DNA from: Chitinophagales bacterium
GTDB taxonomy: Bacteria; Bacteroidota; Bacteroidia; Chitinophagales; BACL12
Assembly: GCA_020636645.1 (NCBI GenBank)
Contig: JACJXO010000002.1
Span: forward strand, 106,465-170,464
Direction of reading: 5' to 3'
Length of the DNA stretch: 64,000 bases
The position numbers and the translations under genes were made by a program. Below, one piece after another: positions 1 to 9,464 of this stretch; the first letter of the stretch is position 1, and each line of letters starts with the position of its first letter. Below the pieces are notes generated by a model. That model was not told the origin of the DNA. It made no database searches and saw only the letters and a list, made by a program, of their open reading frames with translations.

Positions 1-825
1 GATGAGTCCATCGTTTTCCATTTTGGGCCATTCTTCAGAAGAGGTGCCAACATGTATGGCATCTTCTACTACCGCTGTCAGCACGATACTGCTGTCTGTC
101 AAAGCCATCTGAACACCGGCACCGGGTTGGTCGAGCAGGGTCCGGCTACTACCGTTGTAACTGATATCAACTGAGCGATTGTTGTGCTCACCCAGGTCCA
201 CTACACGTACATCATCAATGTACACAACTCCATCTGCTTCCAGCTGGATGATGAGTTGTTTGACCATGCTGAGGTCTGCATGGAACATTTTCGTATCAAA
301 TGCTTTGAGGGGTACCTGTACCCTTGTCCATTGGCCGGTTATTTCCTGGTTGTCTATGAATTCAGGGAACACACCCGCCCATGCCTGTGCCCCGTTATAG
401 TCTTCCAGTGCCATGGCCCAGGGCAGTCCTTTCAGGTTTCCGGAAGAGCTGCGTGCCATGAATTGTATAGCACCCCGGTCAACGATCTGACTCAGATTCT
501 TGGAGGCCCAGCCATCCCATCCAAAACCGATTCCAAGCCAGCTGCAACCGGCCTGCTTATTCCATTGAAGCAACAGTGAACCGTTGCCATTGTCATTCAG
601 ATCAAATGCATTGGTTACCTGCAGACAAGCTGCGGTATCAGGAGAGAACCAGAACTCATTGGTGATGTAATCGTTCCAGATATCAACGCTGTAGAAATTG
701 CCAACATGAGACAGTGTGTCTGCGGAAGCGGGCTGTTCATATACAGACATGGTCCGGAAGGAACAGGCGTGCAGGCTGCATACAAGCGGCAAAGTCAGCA
801 ACCAGATTCGTTCGTGATGGCTCAT
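1..825 (-). CDS. Secreted CBM-like (beta-sandwich) protein, last gene of the glycan operon; C-terminus runs off the window (partial)
   Basis: My own translation of the minus frame finds no stop between 825 and 1. The ATG at 825-823 overlaps the upstream stop (ATGA at 822-825). The N-terminus MSHHERIWLLTLPLVCSLHAC looks like a signal peptide. The rest is W/G/D-rich and includes ...QLEADGVVYIDDVRVV, typical of CBM-type modules. It is absent from the ORF track because it is open-ended. Confidence 0.55.
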   Translation of the reverse strand, partial: MSHHERIWLLTLPLVCSLHACSFRTMSVYEQPASADTLSHVGNFYSVDIWNDYITNEFWFSPDTAACLQVTNAFDLNDNGNGSLLLQWNKQAGCSWLGIGFGWDGWASKNLSQIVDRGAIQFMARSSSGNLKGLPWAMALEDYNGAQAWAGVFPEFIDNQEITGQWTRVQVPLKAFDTKMFHADLSMVKQLIIQLEADGVVYIDDVRVVDLGEHNNRSVDISYNGSSRTLLDQPGAGVQMALTDSSIVLTAVVEDAIHVGTSSEEWPKMENDGLI

Positions 826-1826
826 GGTTTCAGCGGACCGTTTTCGGTGAAGATGATGAGATCCATGAGTGCCTGCGCATAACCGGAAACCGGATTGGCC
901 AGCATCAGTATGCTCACCTGTATCAGTTTATCCGGTTCGTTCAGACCATTTCCAATTGGATCGGCGGGAGCGCCATTCACCAGCGTGACGAGATCAGCAT
1001 AGCGTGCAGAGATCAGTTGCCAACCATCCTGATCATTCAATGCTACTTCCAGTGAGAACATATCTTCTTCTCCATCAGTATATACACCATCGCCATTATC
1101 ATCTTCCCGGAACTGGAACAGCACCAGTGCATTGCTCAGGTCGGGCTGTTTGGACAGCAACACATTGAAATAGATATTATCCGGATTGGTTGCCAGGTCA
1201 AAGGTTGGAGCACCATAAGCACTTCCCGGAATATCGATCAGACCAATGAGCCAGTCCCAGCCCACTTCTCCTCCCATATCGTAGTAGGATCCGCCCTGTG
1301 CGGCATTTTCATCGGTACGGATCACAAAGCTCATGTCAGCACCTGACTGAACGAAGCTTCCCCATCCAGGGTTCCAGCCGGCCTCAAAATCTTCCAGCAG
1401 AAGGCCTTCCACAGGTCGGGCGGTCTCTACAGAAACGGAAGTTTCATATACTTCTTCTTCTGTTTCAAAAGTGAGTGATACGTCACATGCTTCTGGCCTG
1501 AACATGGGCAACTGGGTGGTGGTGCCATCCCAGGTAGCGTTTGATGCATCCAGGGTCCTGGAAAATCCGGTTATTGTCTTCACAGCACCGGATTCCTGTC
1601 CGGTGATGGTCAGGGTCCAGTTTATGTTCTTCGAGAACTCTGCGGTGAAAACGGCTTTTTCACCAGCGGCGAAATCGATCTCTGAATCATTTACGGCAAG
1701 TGCCTGCAACAGGTTGAATTCGCCATAGAGATCATTAAGATCCGGACCGTCAAACAGATCAGTTTCACGGGTACATCCTGCCAGAAGGAGGGTGCTTATT
1801 GCGGTTATAAGTGCTATTCTTTTCAT
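822..1826 (-). CDS. Lipoprotein with CBM-like beta-sandwich region (SusE/F-like accessory role inferred)
   Basis: 334 aa with the lipobox MKRIALITAISTLLLAGC. Its stop overlaps the next start. It carries the EDFEAGWNPGWGSF... module. Only 2 nt separate it from the upstream gene. Confidence 0.7.
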   Translation of the reverse strand: MKRIALITAISTLLLAGCTRETDLFDGPDLNDLYGEFNLLQALAVNDSEIDFAAGEKAVFTAEFSKNINWTLTITGQESGAVKTITGFSRTLDASNATWDGTTTQLPMFRPEACDVSLTFETEEEVYETSVSVETARPVEGLLLEDFEAGWNPGWGSFVQSGADMSFVIRTDENAAQGGSYYDMGGEVGWDWLIGLIDIPGSAYGAPTFDLATNPDNIYFNVLLSKQPDLSNALVLFQFREDDNGDGVYTDGEEDMFSLEVALNDQDGWQLISARYADLVTLVNGAPADPIGNGLNEPDKLIQVSILMLANPVSGYAQALMDLIIFTENGPLKP

Positions 1827-1828
1827 AT

Positions 1829-3559
1829 TCAGAATTCCATTGAGAATAAGAGTGCTAACTGAGAAACGCCATAAGCAGGTAATGTGCCAATGACATTGCT
1901 AGTGCCAAAGTTGTTGTACTGCCCCATGACATACACCTGATCGCTGAAACGGTAACGGATACCTGCGCCACCCATCCACTGAGATCCATCTGCATTGAAT
2001 TCATTAAAGTTGACAATATCTCCGTAGGCATCTGTCTGGTTCATGAATTCAAAACCACTGTATGAATGATATAACAATCCGGCTACCAGATCTGTTTTCT
2101 CCAGGATCTCTATTTCCAGTCCGGTGCCAGCTATCATCGTGCTGAGATCAACAGATGGAACGCCTTCCTGATCTGCCGGCCTGGAGGTGTTATCCATCCG
2201 TAAAGAAACGGAAGCCTTCAATGCTCTCGTTTTGTTTTTACTATAGCTTTCCTGCTCCCAGTTCAGACGTGCTTCAAGCCTGTTGAATTGCCTGTAACTG
2301 GTGGTTCCCTGACCCCTTACCTCAGTAAGCATAAGTCCATTCAGGTTGGCACTCAGCCGGTCATCCAGCAGTTTGCAGGTAGCGTTTGCCTGCAGCCCCT
2401 GTCTGTTGGGTGTGGCTGCACCGTAAGGAGTGATGTTATCATATCGTGGATCATAGACCATCAGACCTTCGCTGAGTTGCAGGTTGTACAATGATGATTC
2501 ACGGATCAGGTCCAGCATGGTCAGAGAACGCACCAGCTGGTTATTGGTAAGACGATCAAAGGCTGCAGGATAGGCGTCAAACAACACACGCTTGGTCTGT
2601 GCACCCGGACTTCTGAAATCCGGTCCTACCCATTTGTACCCTGCAGAGATGCTCAGTTTACCCCCGGCATCCTGCAGTTGAAACATCAGGTCAGAAAAGA
2701 CATCAGACCGTTCAGGTGCCAGCGGATCTTCCAGGTAGCGGGTTTGCGACATACCTGCTTCCAGATCGCCGGAAAGGGTCCAGTTGCCAAAGCTTTTTTC
2801 GCTGCTCAATGATGCGGTGTACACAGGGTTCTGCAACAGAATATCATTGCGTGAAGTACCCTTCAGGTCATACAGACTGGCGTAGGTAAATGCACCTGAC
2901 AGATACGCTCCCTGCACCCATTCTATACTGGCTGAGCTGAACAGGCGGTCGCTTACCGTGGCAAAATTGGACGGCATGACCCTGCTGGTGAAGAGGTGCA
3001 TATCTGCCGATTCGATGACAGACCGGAAGTTGAATCCGAAGTCAACCGCGGCGCCCTGCTGCCTCCAGCTGTGATCCAGATTTTGGAAATTATCGTACAT
3101 GACCTGATCGCTCAGATGTGCAAGCAGAACAGGCGACAGGTCATATAGTTCCTGATCGTTGTTGTAGAGGGTGTATTTGGTCAACTGATAATTGATATCG
3201 CCCAGCTGGTAGCGCACAACTTTGTTCAGCACACCTTTAAGGTAAAGCTGGCGTATATCGAATGTGACACCCGCACCCCAGAATCCACCAAAATCATTGC
3301 GGATGCGCACCATTCCCTGGATCTCAAGATCTTCAGACGGACGGATATTCACACCGATATCAGCCAGCGCATGTCCGCTGTTCTGCCGGGGTGGAGTAAC
3401 CGTGTCGGGCTCTGCCAGTTCCTGTTCCAGCACATCAGCAAAGTATATGGAACGGGCGGCACCATTCACGGTGAACTTGGGAGTTGTCTGTTGTGCCTGC
3501 ACTGCGGTTGAAAGGCAGAGCAGCGTACAGAAGATTCCTGTGGTCAATTGTTTATGCAC
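1829..3559 (-). CDS. Outer-membrane beta-barrel protein (porin-like), family not recognised
   Basis: 576 aa with a GTG start that overlaps the upstream TAG by 1 nt. The signal peptide is ...CLSTAVQAQ. The sequence is Y/G/N-rich with alternating strand-like segments. It ends in an aromatic residue (...LLFSMEF). Confidence 0.6.
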   Translation of the reverse strand: MHKQLTTGIFCTLLCLSTAVQAQQTTPKFTVNGAARSIYFADVLEQELAEPDTVTPPRQNSGHALADIGVNIRPSEDLEIQGMVRIRNDFGGFWGAGVTFDIRQLYLKGVLNKVVRYQLGDINYQLTKYTLYNNDQELYDLSPVLLAHLSDQVMYDNFQNLDHSWRQQGAAVDFGFNFRSVIESADMHLFTSRVMPSNFATVSDRLFSSASIEWVQGAYLSGAFTYASLYDLKGTSRNDILLQNPVYTASLSSEKSFGNWTLSGDLEAGMSQTRYLEDPLAPERSDVFSDLMFQLQDAGGKLSISAGYKWVGPDFRSPGAQTKRVLFDAYPAAFDRLTNNQLVRSLTMLDLIRESSLYNLQLSEGLMVYDPRYDNITPYGAATPNRQGLQANATCKLLDDRLSANLNGLMLTEVRGQGTTSYRQFNRLEARLNWEQESYSKNKTRALKASVSLRMDNTSRPADQEGVPSVDLSTMIAGTGLEIEILEKTDLVAGLLYHSYSGFEFMNQTDAYGDIVNFNEFNADGSQWMGGAGIRYRFSDQVYVMGQYNNFGTSNVIGTLPAYGVSQLALLFSMEF

Positions 3560-5538
3560 TAGAAAAATATTTTAATTTCTACCATAGTTTCCTGGCCCTG
3601 AAATGCATCATCGGCAAAACTGGCATCTTCAAATGCGAACCATCGGTGACGCAGATACAGGCGGGCATTAAATCCCAGATCGATATCCAGGCCGGCGCCA
3701 TATCCTGTACCGGTCTGATTTCGGGGTCTTCTGCTTTCTTCATCAATATCTGTCAGATAGTTGCCCAGGGTTCTTTCATAGCCTGCATAGCCAGAAATCA
3801 GTATCCGGTCGCCCAGTTCCAGATAGGCTTCCAGTTCATTGGCATATTGCCTGATGTAAGCTTCTTCGCTGGTAACCGTAAAGGCTGAGAACGATCGTTG
3901 TACTGAAGAATAGTATCCCAGATAGAACAGGTAAATATTCTTGCCGAATACTTTGGAATGGTATTTTACCTGCGGTTCAAATACGCTGAAGAACTTCTTG
4001 TTGATGACCACTCCGGAACTGTCGTCAAAGAGGTTTACGGTCTCATAGACATCGCGGTATATGACCGAATAACGCTGGTAAGGCCCCACTTCTGCAGGAA
4101 ACAGCCAGCGCCACATGCGGCTTCTGGTCAGTTGATTGACAGGATGTCCATAAGTGATGACCGAAGAAATGGGTTCCAGTTCTGCCTGTGCAGCCAGACC
4201 GATATTGAATTTAAAATCACCCAGGGTGTATTCCATATTCAGATCTGCTCCCTGTCGGTTATTAGACATCTGACCGATGCGCAGCATAGAACTGCCGAAT
4301 GGCTGCAATACCGCAGTGCTGCCTATTGTTCCGGCAGGTAATGCTGCAGGATTGTACTCTCGGATAGCAGTATTGAGAAAAATGGAATTGTCATTGATGA
4401 CCTTCGGACTGATATAGAAATAGTGCAGGCTCCATCGGGGCAATGTCTTCTTCGCAGGTGTGGTCAGGGTAGCGGATATCAGCCCTCCGTTGCCGGCATC
4501 TTGCACCGGACTGAAGTAATTTCCCAGTCCACCTTCGGCCAGCAATGAAAATCCTTTCATATGCACCATCCACTCCAGGGTGGTGAGGTGAAATCCTACC
4601 TTTTCTTCCGACAGACTATCGGCCCAGGTGGTAGCATGCAAACTGTTGATGCTGATGTACTGTCCGGGTCCTGTTTTCTTTTGCAGTTTTCCCCCATAAG
4701 TATAACTTGGCCAGGGACTGAAGCCTCCGTTGAATTCAGATTTACCCACCAGGGCAGTAAAGGAAAGGTCTTTGGGAAGGCCGTTTCCATCCAGTATCAA
4801 ACCCTTGAATGCCCGGTTTCCCCAACGGGTATCCTGGTTGATACCACCTTCGTTGAAATAGGTCTCGTAGCGGGCCGGCAAAGAAGCTCCTGCCGGATCC
4901 CATGGATTGCGTTCAAACAGTGTAAAGCGATTATATCCCCTGAAAGAAGCCATGGTCAGGTCAGACAAACGCACCCAGTGAATGCCGCCTGCCCGCAAGG
5001 TAAATGTGCCGGAGCGGGTTTCCTGGATACCGGTAAAGTTCAGCCCGAGATTCAGGTTCATCTGTCCGCCAAGGCGTGTTCCGCTTAATGGATCCTGAAA
5101 AGAGGGACGAAGTGAATCCGGCACTTGTGCCCCATAGGTGGTGCCGATGGCACCATTGAGAAACTGAAAGGCAAACACATCAAATGAAAATGAAGTATGC
5201 GGAGCAGGTTTCCCGGAGATGGTGAGTTGCAGATTTGGAAGCTGGCTGTCATCACCAATGAAGAGACTGGCTGGCAATACAGTATCATTAATAACAGGAT
5301 TCAGCACATAGGGAAGGTCATGTGTGGTATAGGTGGCAAAGAAGCGGTAAAATCCTGACACAGAGATCTTTCTGAGCGGCGATGGTTCTTCTGCAGGACG
5401 GATGCCCAATGCAGTTTCCGTACTGTCTTCTACCTGTGCTACAGCTGTGTTGGCAGCCATCATACAGATCAGTATCAGCCACATGATAAAGCTGCCTGAT
5501 ACAAACATTTTCAGATTAGACGTACGGGTTCCTGACAT
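3559..5538 (-). CDS. Outer-membrane beta-barrel protein (porin-like), family not recognised
   Basis: 659 aa with the signal peptide ...MMAANTAVAQ and the C-terminus ...ETMVEIKIFF. It is co-oriented with and coupled to its neighbours. Confidence 0.6.
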   Translation of the reverse strand: MSGTRTSNLKMFVSGSFIMWLILICMMAANTAVAQVEDSTETALGIRPAEEPSPLRKISVSGFYRFFATYTTHDLPYVLNPVINDTVLPASLFIGDDSQLPNLQLTISGKPAPHTSFSFDVFAFQFLNGAIGTTYGAQVPDSLRPSFQDPLSGTRLGGQMNLNLGLNFTGIQETRSGTFTLRAGGIHWVRLSDLTMASFRGYNRFTLFERNPWDPAGASLPARYETYFNEGGINQDTRWGNRAFKGLILDGNGLPKDLSFTALVGKSEFNGGFSPWPSYTYGGKLQKKTGPGQYISINSLHATTWADSLSEEKVGFHLTTLEWMVHMKGFSLLAEGGLGNYFSPVQDAGNGGLISATLTTPAKKTLPRWSLHYFYISPKVINDNSIFLNTAIREYNPAALPAGTIGSTAVLQPFGSSMLRIGQMSNNRQGADLNMEYTLGDFKFNIGLAAQAELEPISSVITYGHPVNQLTRSRMWRWLFPAEVGPYQRYSVIYRDVYETVNLFDDSSGVVINKKFFSVFEPQVKYHSKVFGKNIYLFYLGYYSSVQRSFSAFTVTSEEAYIRQYANELEAYLELGDRILISGYAGYERTLGNYLTDIDEESRRPRNQTGTGYGAGLDIDLGFNARLYLRHRWFAFEDASFADDAFQGQETMVEIKIFF

Positions 5539-5575
5539 ACCGATCAGTTCTGTTGGAATGATAAATGTACTACTT

Positions 5576-5592
5576 TTTGTACTTTTTACAAT
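5576..5592 (-). promoter_or_regulatory. Second copy of the 17-bp palindromic motif (ATTGTAAAAAGTACAAA on the minus strand)
   Basis: It matches the palindrome at 7718-7734 at 15 of 17 positions. It lies in the 71-nt gap between the hydrolase gene and the first beta-barrel gene. Confidence 0.3.
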
Positions 5593-5609
5593 TAGTACCT
5601 GAATTTTTT

Positions 5610-6956
5610 TTAGAGCGACTGTTCCCGCAGCTGGATTGCCTTCTGGTATTGCTCACCTGAAGGATCGGGCAGGACATAAAAAGGTATGTTCAGGTATGCG
5701 TAATGATTGGCTGCATCATAGACATACAGGAACAGGCGGTAGGCACCTTCACTTTGCGGAGCTCGGAAACTTACCTGCTGGCTGTCTTTTCGCATGCCCA
5801 GACCTTTCACGGAGGGCGGACGGGATTCTGCATCGCCACCGGCTTTTATATCCTGGCTTTCACTCACCACTTCCCAGATGAATTTCATCTGATCGCCGTC
5901 TGCATCTGTCACAGTTGCCAGTGCCTGGCAGGGTTGCCCTGGTTGCAGAATGATGTCTGCACCTTTTGACTGTCCGTTTAGCGAAGCGGAAGCAATGGCA
6001 GGTGCCCTGTTGGCAGGTTCCTTTCCTGTCCAGGCTCTGATCAGCTCATCTATGGCTTCAGACTGGCGGCCGTCTTCAGAGAGCAGGCCATACCAGGTAG
6101 AGGTGGTTTCCTGTTTTTGTCCCCACAGGAAGACATAAGACCCCACGCATTTAACCCTGTCGCCGGCTATATAATTATTATATCTTGCTTTGTAGGAAGC
6201 GGCTTTTTCACTGCTGCTCTGCTCTACAGGAGCATTCCATTTTGTCTTGCTGACCTCCCAGTGTCCGTTGGGCCCCCATTCACTGATGATGTATGGCCCT
6301 TGCCAGCCGGCAGACCGGATGGTATCAGGCACAATTCCAATGTCTCCGTATGTGTTTATACCGTATATATCAATAGAAGGAGCGTTGGCCATGATGAGTC
6401 TCACTTCAGCAGGATCCAGTCCTGCCGTAACGGTAGAAGTAGGATGGTTGGGATCAATCTGATGGATCATGGCAGCTATATCTTCAATGGCGTTCCAGAC
6501 CTTTGTATTGCTGTAGAACAGATCCACTTCATTACCAACACCCCACAGCAAGAGGGCGGGGTGGTCTTTATAGGTCTTTACCACTTCTGTGAAATAGTCC
6601 AGCTGAGCCTTCACTTTGGATTCATTGTCATAGTCAAACCCATGTCTTTCATGCTGAACCCATAGGCCAAGCATGACCGTCATACCCAGGCGTTGTGCTT
6701 CATCAAGTAATTCACCGGCATCATCCGGACTCCAGGTCCGGAAACTGTTGGCACCGCATGCTGCTGCCAGATCCAGGTGGTCTGTACCTCCAACACCGTT
6801 TATATAGTATGGCTCACCATTGCGGTATAACTGCCACTGACCTTCGCTGTTCATGCCTACCGTAACAGGTATTGCCTGACCAGAAACAAGCACTGGGAGG
6901 AACAATAGTGAAGCCAGCAACCAGGACAAACGGCTATGATGCGATATGCGTTTCAT
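5610..6956 (-). CDS. Clan GH-A (TIM-barrel) glycoside hydrolase with a C-terminal Ig-like domain
   Basis: The signal peptide is MKRISHHSRLSWLLASLLFLPVLVSGQ. ANSFRTW and GVGNEVD fit the acid/base NE motif, and YIISEWGP fits the nucleophile Glu. The C-terminal beta-rich domain includes ...DADGDQMKFIWEVV.... An alternative start lies at 6971. Confidence 0.7.
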   Translation of the reverse strand: MKRISHHSRLSWLLASLLFLPVLVSGQAIPVTVGMNSEGQWQLYRNGEPYYINGVGGTDHLDLAAACGANSFRTWSPDDAGELLDEAQRLGMTVMLGLWVQHERHGFDYDNESKVKAQLDYFTEVVKTYKDHPALLLWGVGNEVDLFYSNTKVWNAIEDIAAMIHQIDPNHPTSTVTAGLDPAEVRLIMANAPSIDIYGINTYGDIGIVPDTIRSAGWQGPYIISEWGPNGHWEVSKTKWNAPVEQSSSEKAASYKARYNNYIAGDRVKCVGSYVFLWGQKQETTSTWYGLLSEDGRQSEAIDELIRAWTGKEPANRAPAIASASLNGQSKGADIILQPGQPCQALATVTDADGDQMKFIWEVVSESQDIKAGGDAESRPPSVKGLGMRKDSQQVSFRAPQSEGAYRLFLYVYDAANHYAYLNIPFYVLPDPSGEQYQKAIQLREQSL

Positions 6957-7650
6957 GAATGGTATGATCATACGTGAATAATCGGGCAGGTCGATGCGAT
7001 ACGTCTTCCTGGAACAGCTCTGTTTCTACCAGGTAAGGCATCTCATGAAGCTTTTTTCTGAAATTCCCTTTGTCATAAGAACGGTTCAGTACTACCTCAA
7101 AGAACTGCTGCAATTCTGAAAGCGTGAAGAACTGAGGCAGCACAGCTTCCCACAGCGGCCTGCGCCGGGTGCTGTGCTGCGTGCGGTGTCTTAGTTTATC
7201 CAGGGCGTAGCGAATGATGTCTGCATGGTCAAAGGTCAGTTCCGGAATGTCATCAAGCGAAAACCATTGAGCTTTATTGGCCCAGTGTGACGGCTGCGGC
7301 TGCACATCCAGTTTGTTGACAATTGCGTAATATCCAATGGTTACCACCCGTCTTCCCGGCACCCTGTCAGCTTCTCCGAAGGCGTGTGCCTGCTGCAGAG
7401 GAATATGAGCAAGTCCGGTCAGGTCTCGCAGTACACGATGGGCTGCTTCATCAATGTCTTCCTGAGGATAGACAAGATCTCCCGGAAGTGCCCAGGACCC
7501 CTGAAGCTCTTCAGCACCTATTTCTATGAGCATGACCTCCAGTGACTGTACCCCGTAGCCAAACACTACACAGTCAATGGAAACCTCCATCATGCGGTCA
7601 TTGTCCTGAGGCTTCTTCCTCCTGTTGGCATTATCGAAGTTGTTTTTCAT
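6934..7650 (-). CDS. Nudix-fold transcriptional regulator (NrtR/AraR-like) with a C-terminal winged-helix region
   Basis: 238 aa. It has a Nudix-like core with a degenerate Nudix box: GDLVYPQEDIDEAAHRVLRDLTGL stands in place of GX5EX7REUXEEXGU. The C-terminal ~80 aa are basic and helical. It is the first gene of the operon and overlaps the hydrolase start. Confidence 0.65.
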   Translation of the reverse strand: MKNNFDNANRRKKPQDNDRMMEVSIDCVVFGYGVQSLEVMLIEIGAEELQGSWALPGDLVYPQEDIDEAAHRVLRDLTGLAHIPLQQAHAFGEADRVPGRRVVTIGYYAIVNKLDVQPQPSHWANKAQWFSLDDIPELTFDHADIIRYALDKLRHRTQHSTRRRPLWEAVLPQFFTLSELQQFFEVVLNRSYDKGNFRKKLHEMPYLVETELFQEDVSHRPARLFTYDHTIHETHIAS

Positions 7651-7717
7651 CTGTTGTTGAATGAATCTTTCTACAAATGTGCTGCAGAAAGTCCTGTTTA
7701 GCTAAAATAGGTAGCTT

Positions 7718-7734
7718 TTTGTAAAAATTACAAA
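7718..7734. promoter_or_regulatory. Candidate operator: perfect palindrome TTTGTAA-AAA-TTACAAA
   Basis: It lies in the 170-nt divergent region between the Nudix-like regulator and the first module-array gene. A near-identical copy occurs at 5576-5592. Confidence 0.3.
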
Positions 7735-7820
7735 TTCTTTTTCCAACTTTTTGTATTTTATACTAAAAGGGATATTTTTACTGAGTAAATAGCAGCTATA
7801 ACCTTTTAAAATTCCTACCA

Positions 7821-9416
7821 ATGAGATCCATTTTTACCTTCTTTGCAGCTGTTCTGCTCTCCACAGCCGCAATGGCTCAGACCTACAATGTCACCTTCCG
7901 GGTTGACATGAATGAAGTAGGTGACCCTTACACAACTCCTGAAGTAAACGGCAGCTGGGATGGCTGGTGTGGCGGTTGTACTCCGCTGGAAGATCCTGAT
8001 GGTGATGGTGTGTGGACCATTACCAAAACACTGGATGCAGGCTTTTATGAGTATAAGTTTGCCTTTGACAGCTGGGCCGGATCTGAGACCCTGGCTCCGG
8101 GCTCATCCTGTACCATTACCACCGGTGGCTTTACCAACCGCTTTGTTGATGTGACCGGCGATGTTGCCCTCGATACCGTATGTTATGGTGCCTGTACTAC
8201 CTGTTCAGAAGCCGTCACATATGACATCACTTTTTATGTGAACATGAATGAAGTAGGCGATCCTTATACCACTCCTGAAGTGAATGGTAACTGGGACGGC
8301 TGGTGCGGTGGTTGTACTCCGCTGGAAGATCCTGACGGAGATGGTATCTGGAGTATAACCAAGTCTCTCTCTCCCGGTACCTATGAATACAAGTTTGCCT
8401 ATGACAGCTGGACAGGTTCAGAGAACCTCGCCCCCGGTACAGACTGTACCATCACCACCGGAGGCTTTACCAACCGGATTATAACTGTAGATGCAGATGC
8501 TGCCCTCCCGGTAGTATGCTGGGGAAGTTGCAGCAACTGCGGAGAGGCTGTACTGTATGATGTAACCTTCCAGGTCAACATGAATGAAGTGGCTGATCCG
8601 TTCACCACACCAGAAGTGAATGGTACTTTCAATGGTTGGTGCGGCGGTTGTGCGCCTATGTCAGATGGCGATGGCGACGGTATCTGGGAGATCACCATTC
8701 CTCTGGAAGCCGGCACGTATGAATATAAATTTGCATATGATAGCTGGGCAGGACAGGAAACCCTGACTCCCGGCGATCCTTGTACTATGACCACTGATGT
8801 ATTCACCAACAGGGTGATCACCATCAGCGAAGAAACTGTGATAGGTGCAGTATGCTGGGGCAGCTGCGACAATTGTGTTGTGGCTACCTGCGAGCTTCCG
8901 TCTGATGTGACCATTGACTATGTAGGAGGTACCGGCACGGAAGCAACCGTTACCTGGACCGCTGTACCTGGTGCTACCCAGTACGGACTCCGTTATCGTG
9001 AACTTGGTACTCCTGAATGGCTTAAAAAAGCTACCACAGGTACCGGTGTTTTCCTGATCGGCCTGACCCCTGGTGCAACATATCAGTATCAGATGGTAAG
9101 CCGCTGCGGTGAAGACCGTGCAGGCCCCGGTTCCATTGCTACCTTCACTACTCCTACCAGAATGGGACAGTTTGGTTCTGATGACTGGATGGTATATCCT
9201 AATCCAAGCAATGGTACCTTCCAGCTGGTTTCTTCAGGTCTGTCAGAACAAGCCATGCTGATGGTCATGAATGTGGCAGGTCAGCAGGTGTATGAGACCA
9301 TGATCACCAACGACAGCCAGACCATAACCCTGAATGGCCTTGCCGATGGCTTGTACACCCTGGTAATCGTTGCAGGTGAAAGTATGTCTGCAACTACCAT
9401 TTCCATTCTGCAATAA
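7821..9416 (+). CDS. T9SS cargo: 3 Cys-rich E-set/CBM-like modules + FN3-like domain + Por_Secre_tail CTD
   Basis: 531 aa with the signal peptide ...STAAMAQ. Modules start at 7881, 8217 and 8553 (336-nt period). The FN3-like region reads TVTWTAVPGATQYGLRY.... The CTD reads YPNPSNGTFQL...LYTLVIV. Confidence 0.85.
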   Translation: MRSIFTFFAAVLLSTAAMAQTYNVTFRVDMNEVGDPYTTPEVNGSWDGWCGGCTPLEDPDGDGVWTITKTLDAGFYEYKFAFDSWAGSETLAPGSSCTITTGGFTNRFVDVTGDVALDTVCYGACTTCSEAVTYDITFYVNMNEVGDPYTTPEVNGNWDGWCGGCTPLEDPDGDGIWSITKSLSPGTYEYKFAYDSWTGSENLAPGTDCTITTGGFTNRIITVDADAALPVVCWGSCSNCGEAVLYDVTFQVNMNEVADPFTTPEVNGTFNGWCGGCAPMSDGDGDGIWEITIPLEAGTYEYKFAYDSWAGQETLTPGDPCTMTTDVFTNRVITISEETVIGAVCWGSCDNCVVATCELPSDVTIDYVGGTGTEATVTWTAVPGATQYGLRYRELGTPEWLKKATTGTGVFLIGLTPGATYQYQMVSRCGEDRAGPGSIATFTTPTRMGQFGSDDWMVYPNPSNGTFQLVSSGLSEQAMLMVMNVAGQQVYETMITNDSQTITLNGLADGLYTLVIVAGESMSATTISILQ

Positions 9417-9425
9417 ATTTCATCC

Positions 9426-9451
9426 GGGGAGCTGACAATCAGCTCCCCTTT
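9426..9451 (+). terminator. Hairpin GGGGAGCTGA-CAA-TCAGCTCCCC followed by TTT (weak or partial terminator)
   Basis: A 10-bp perfect stem lies directly after the stop at 9416, but the T-run is short. Confidence 0.45.
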
Positions 9452-9464
9452 AAACACTACCCAA

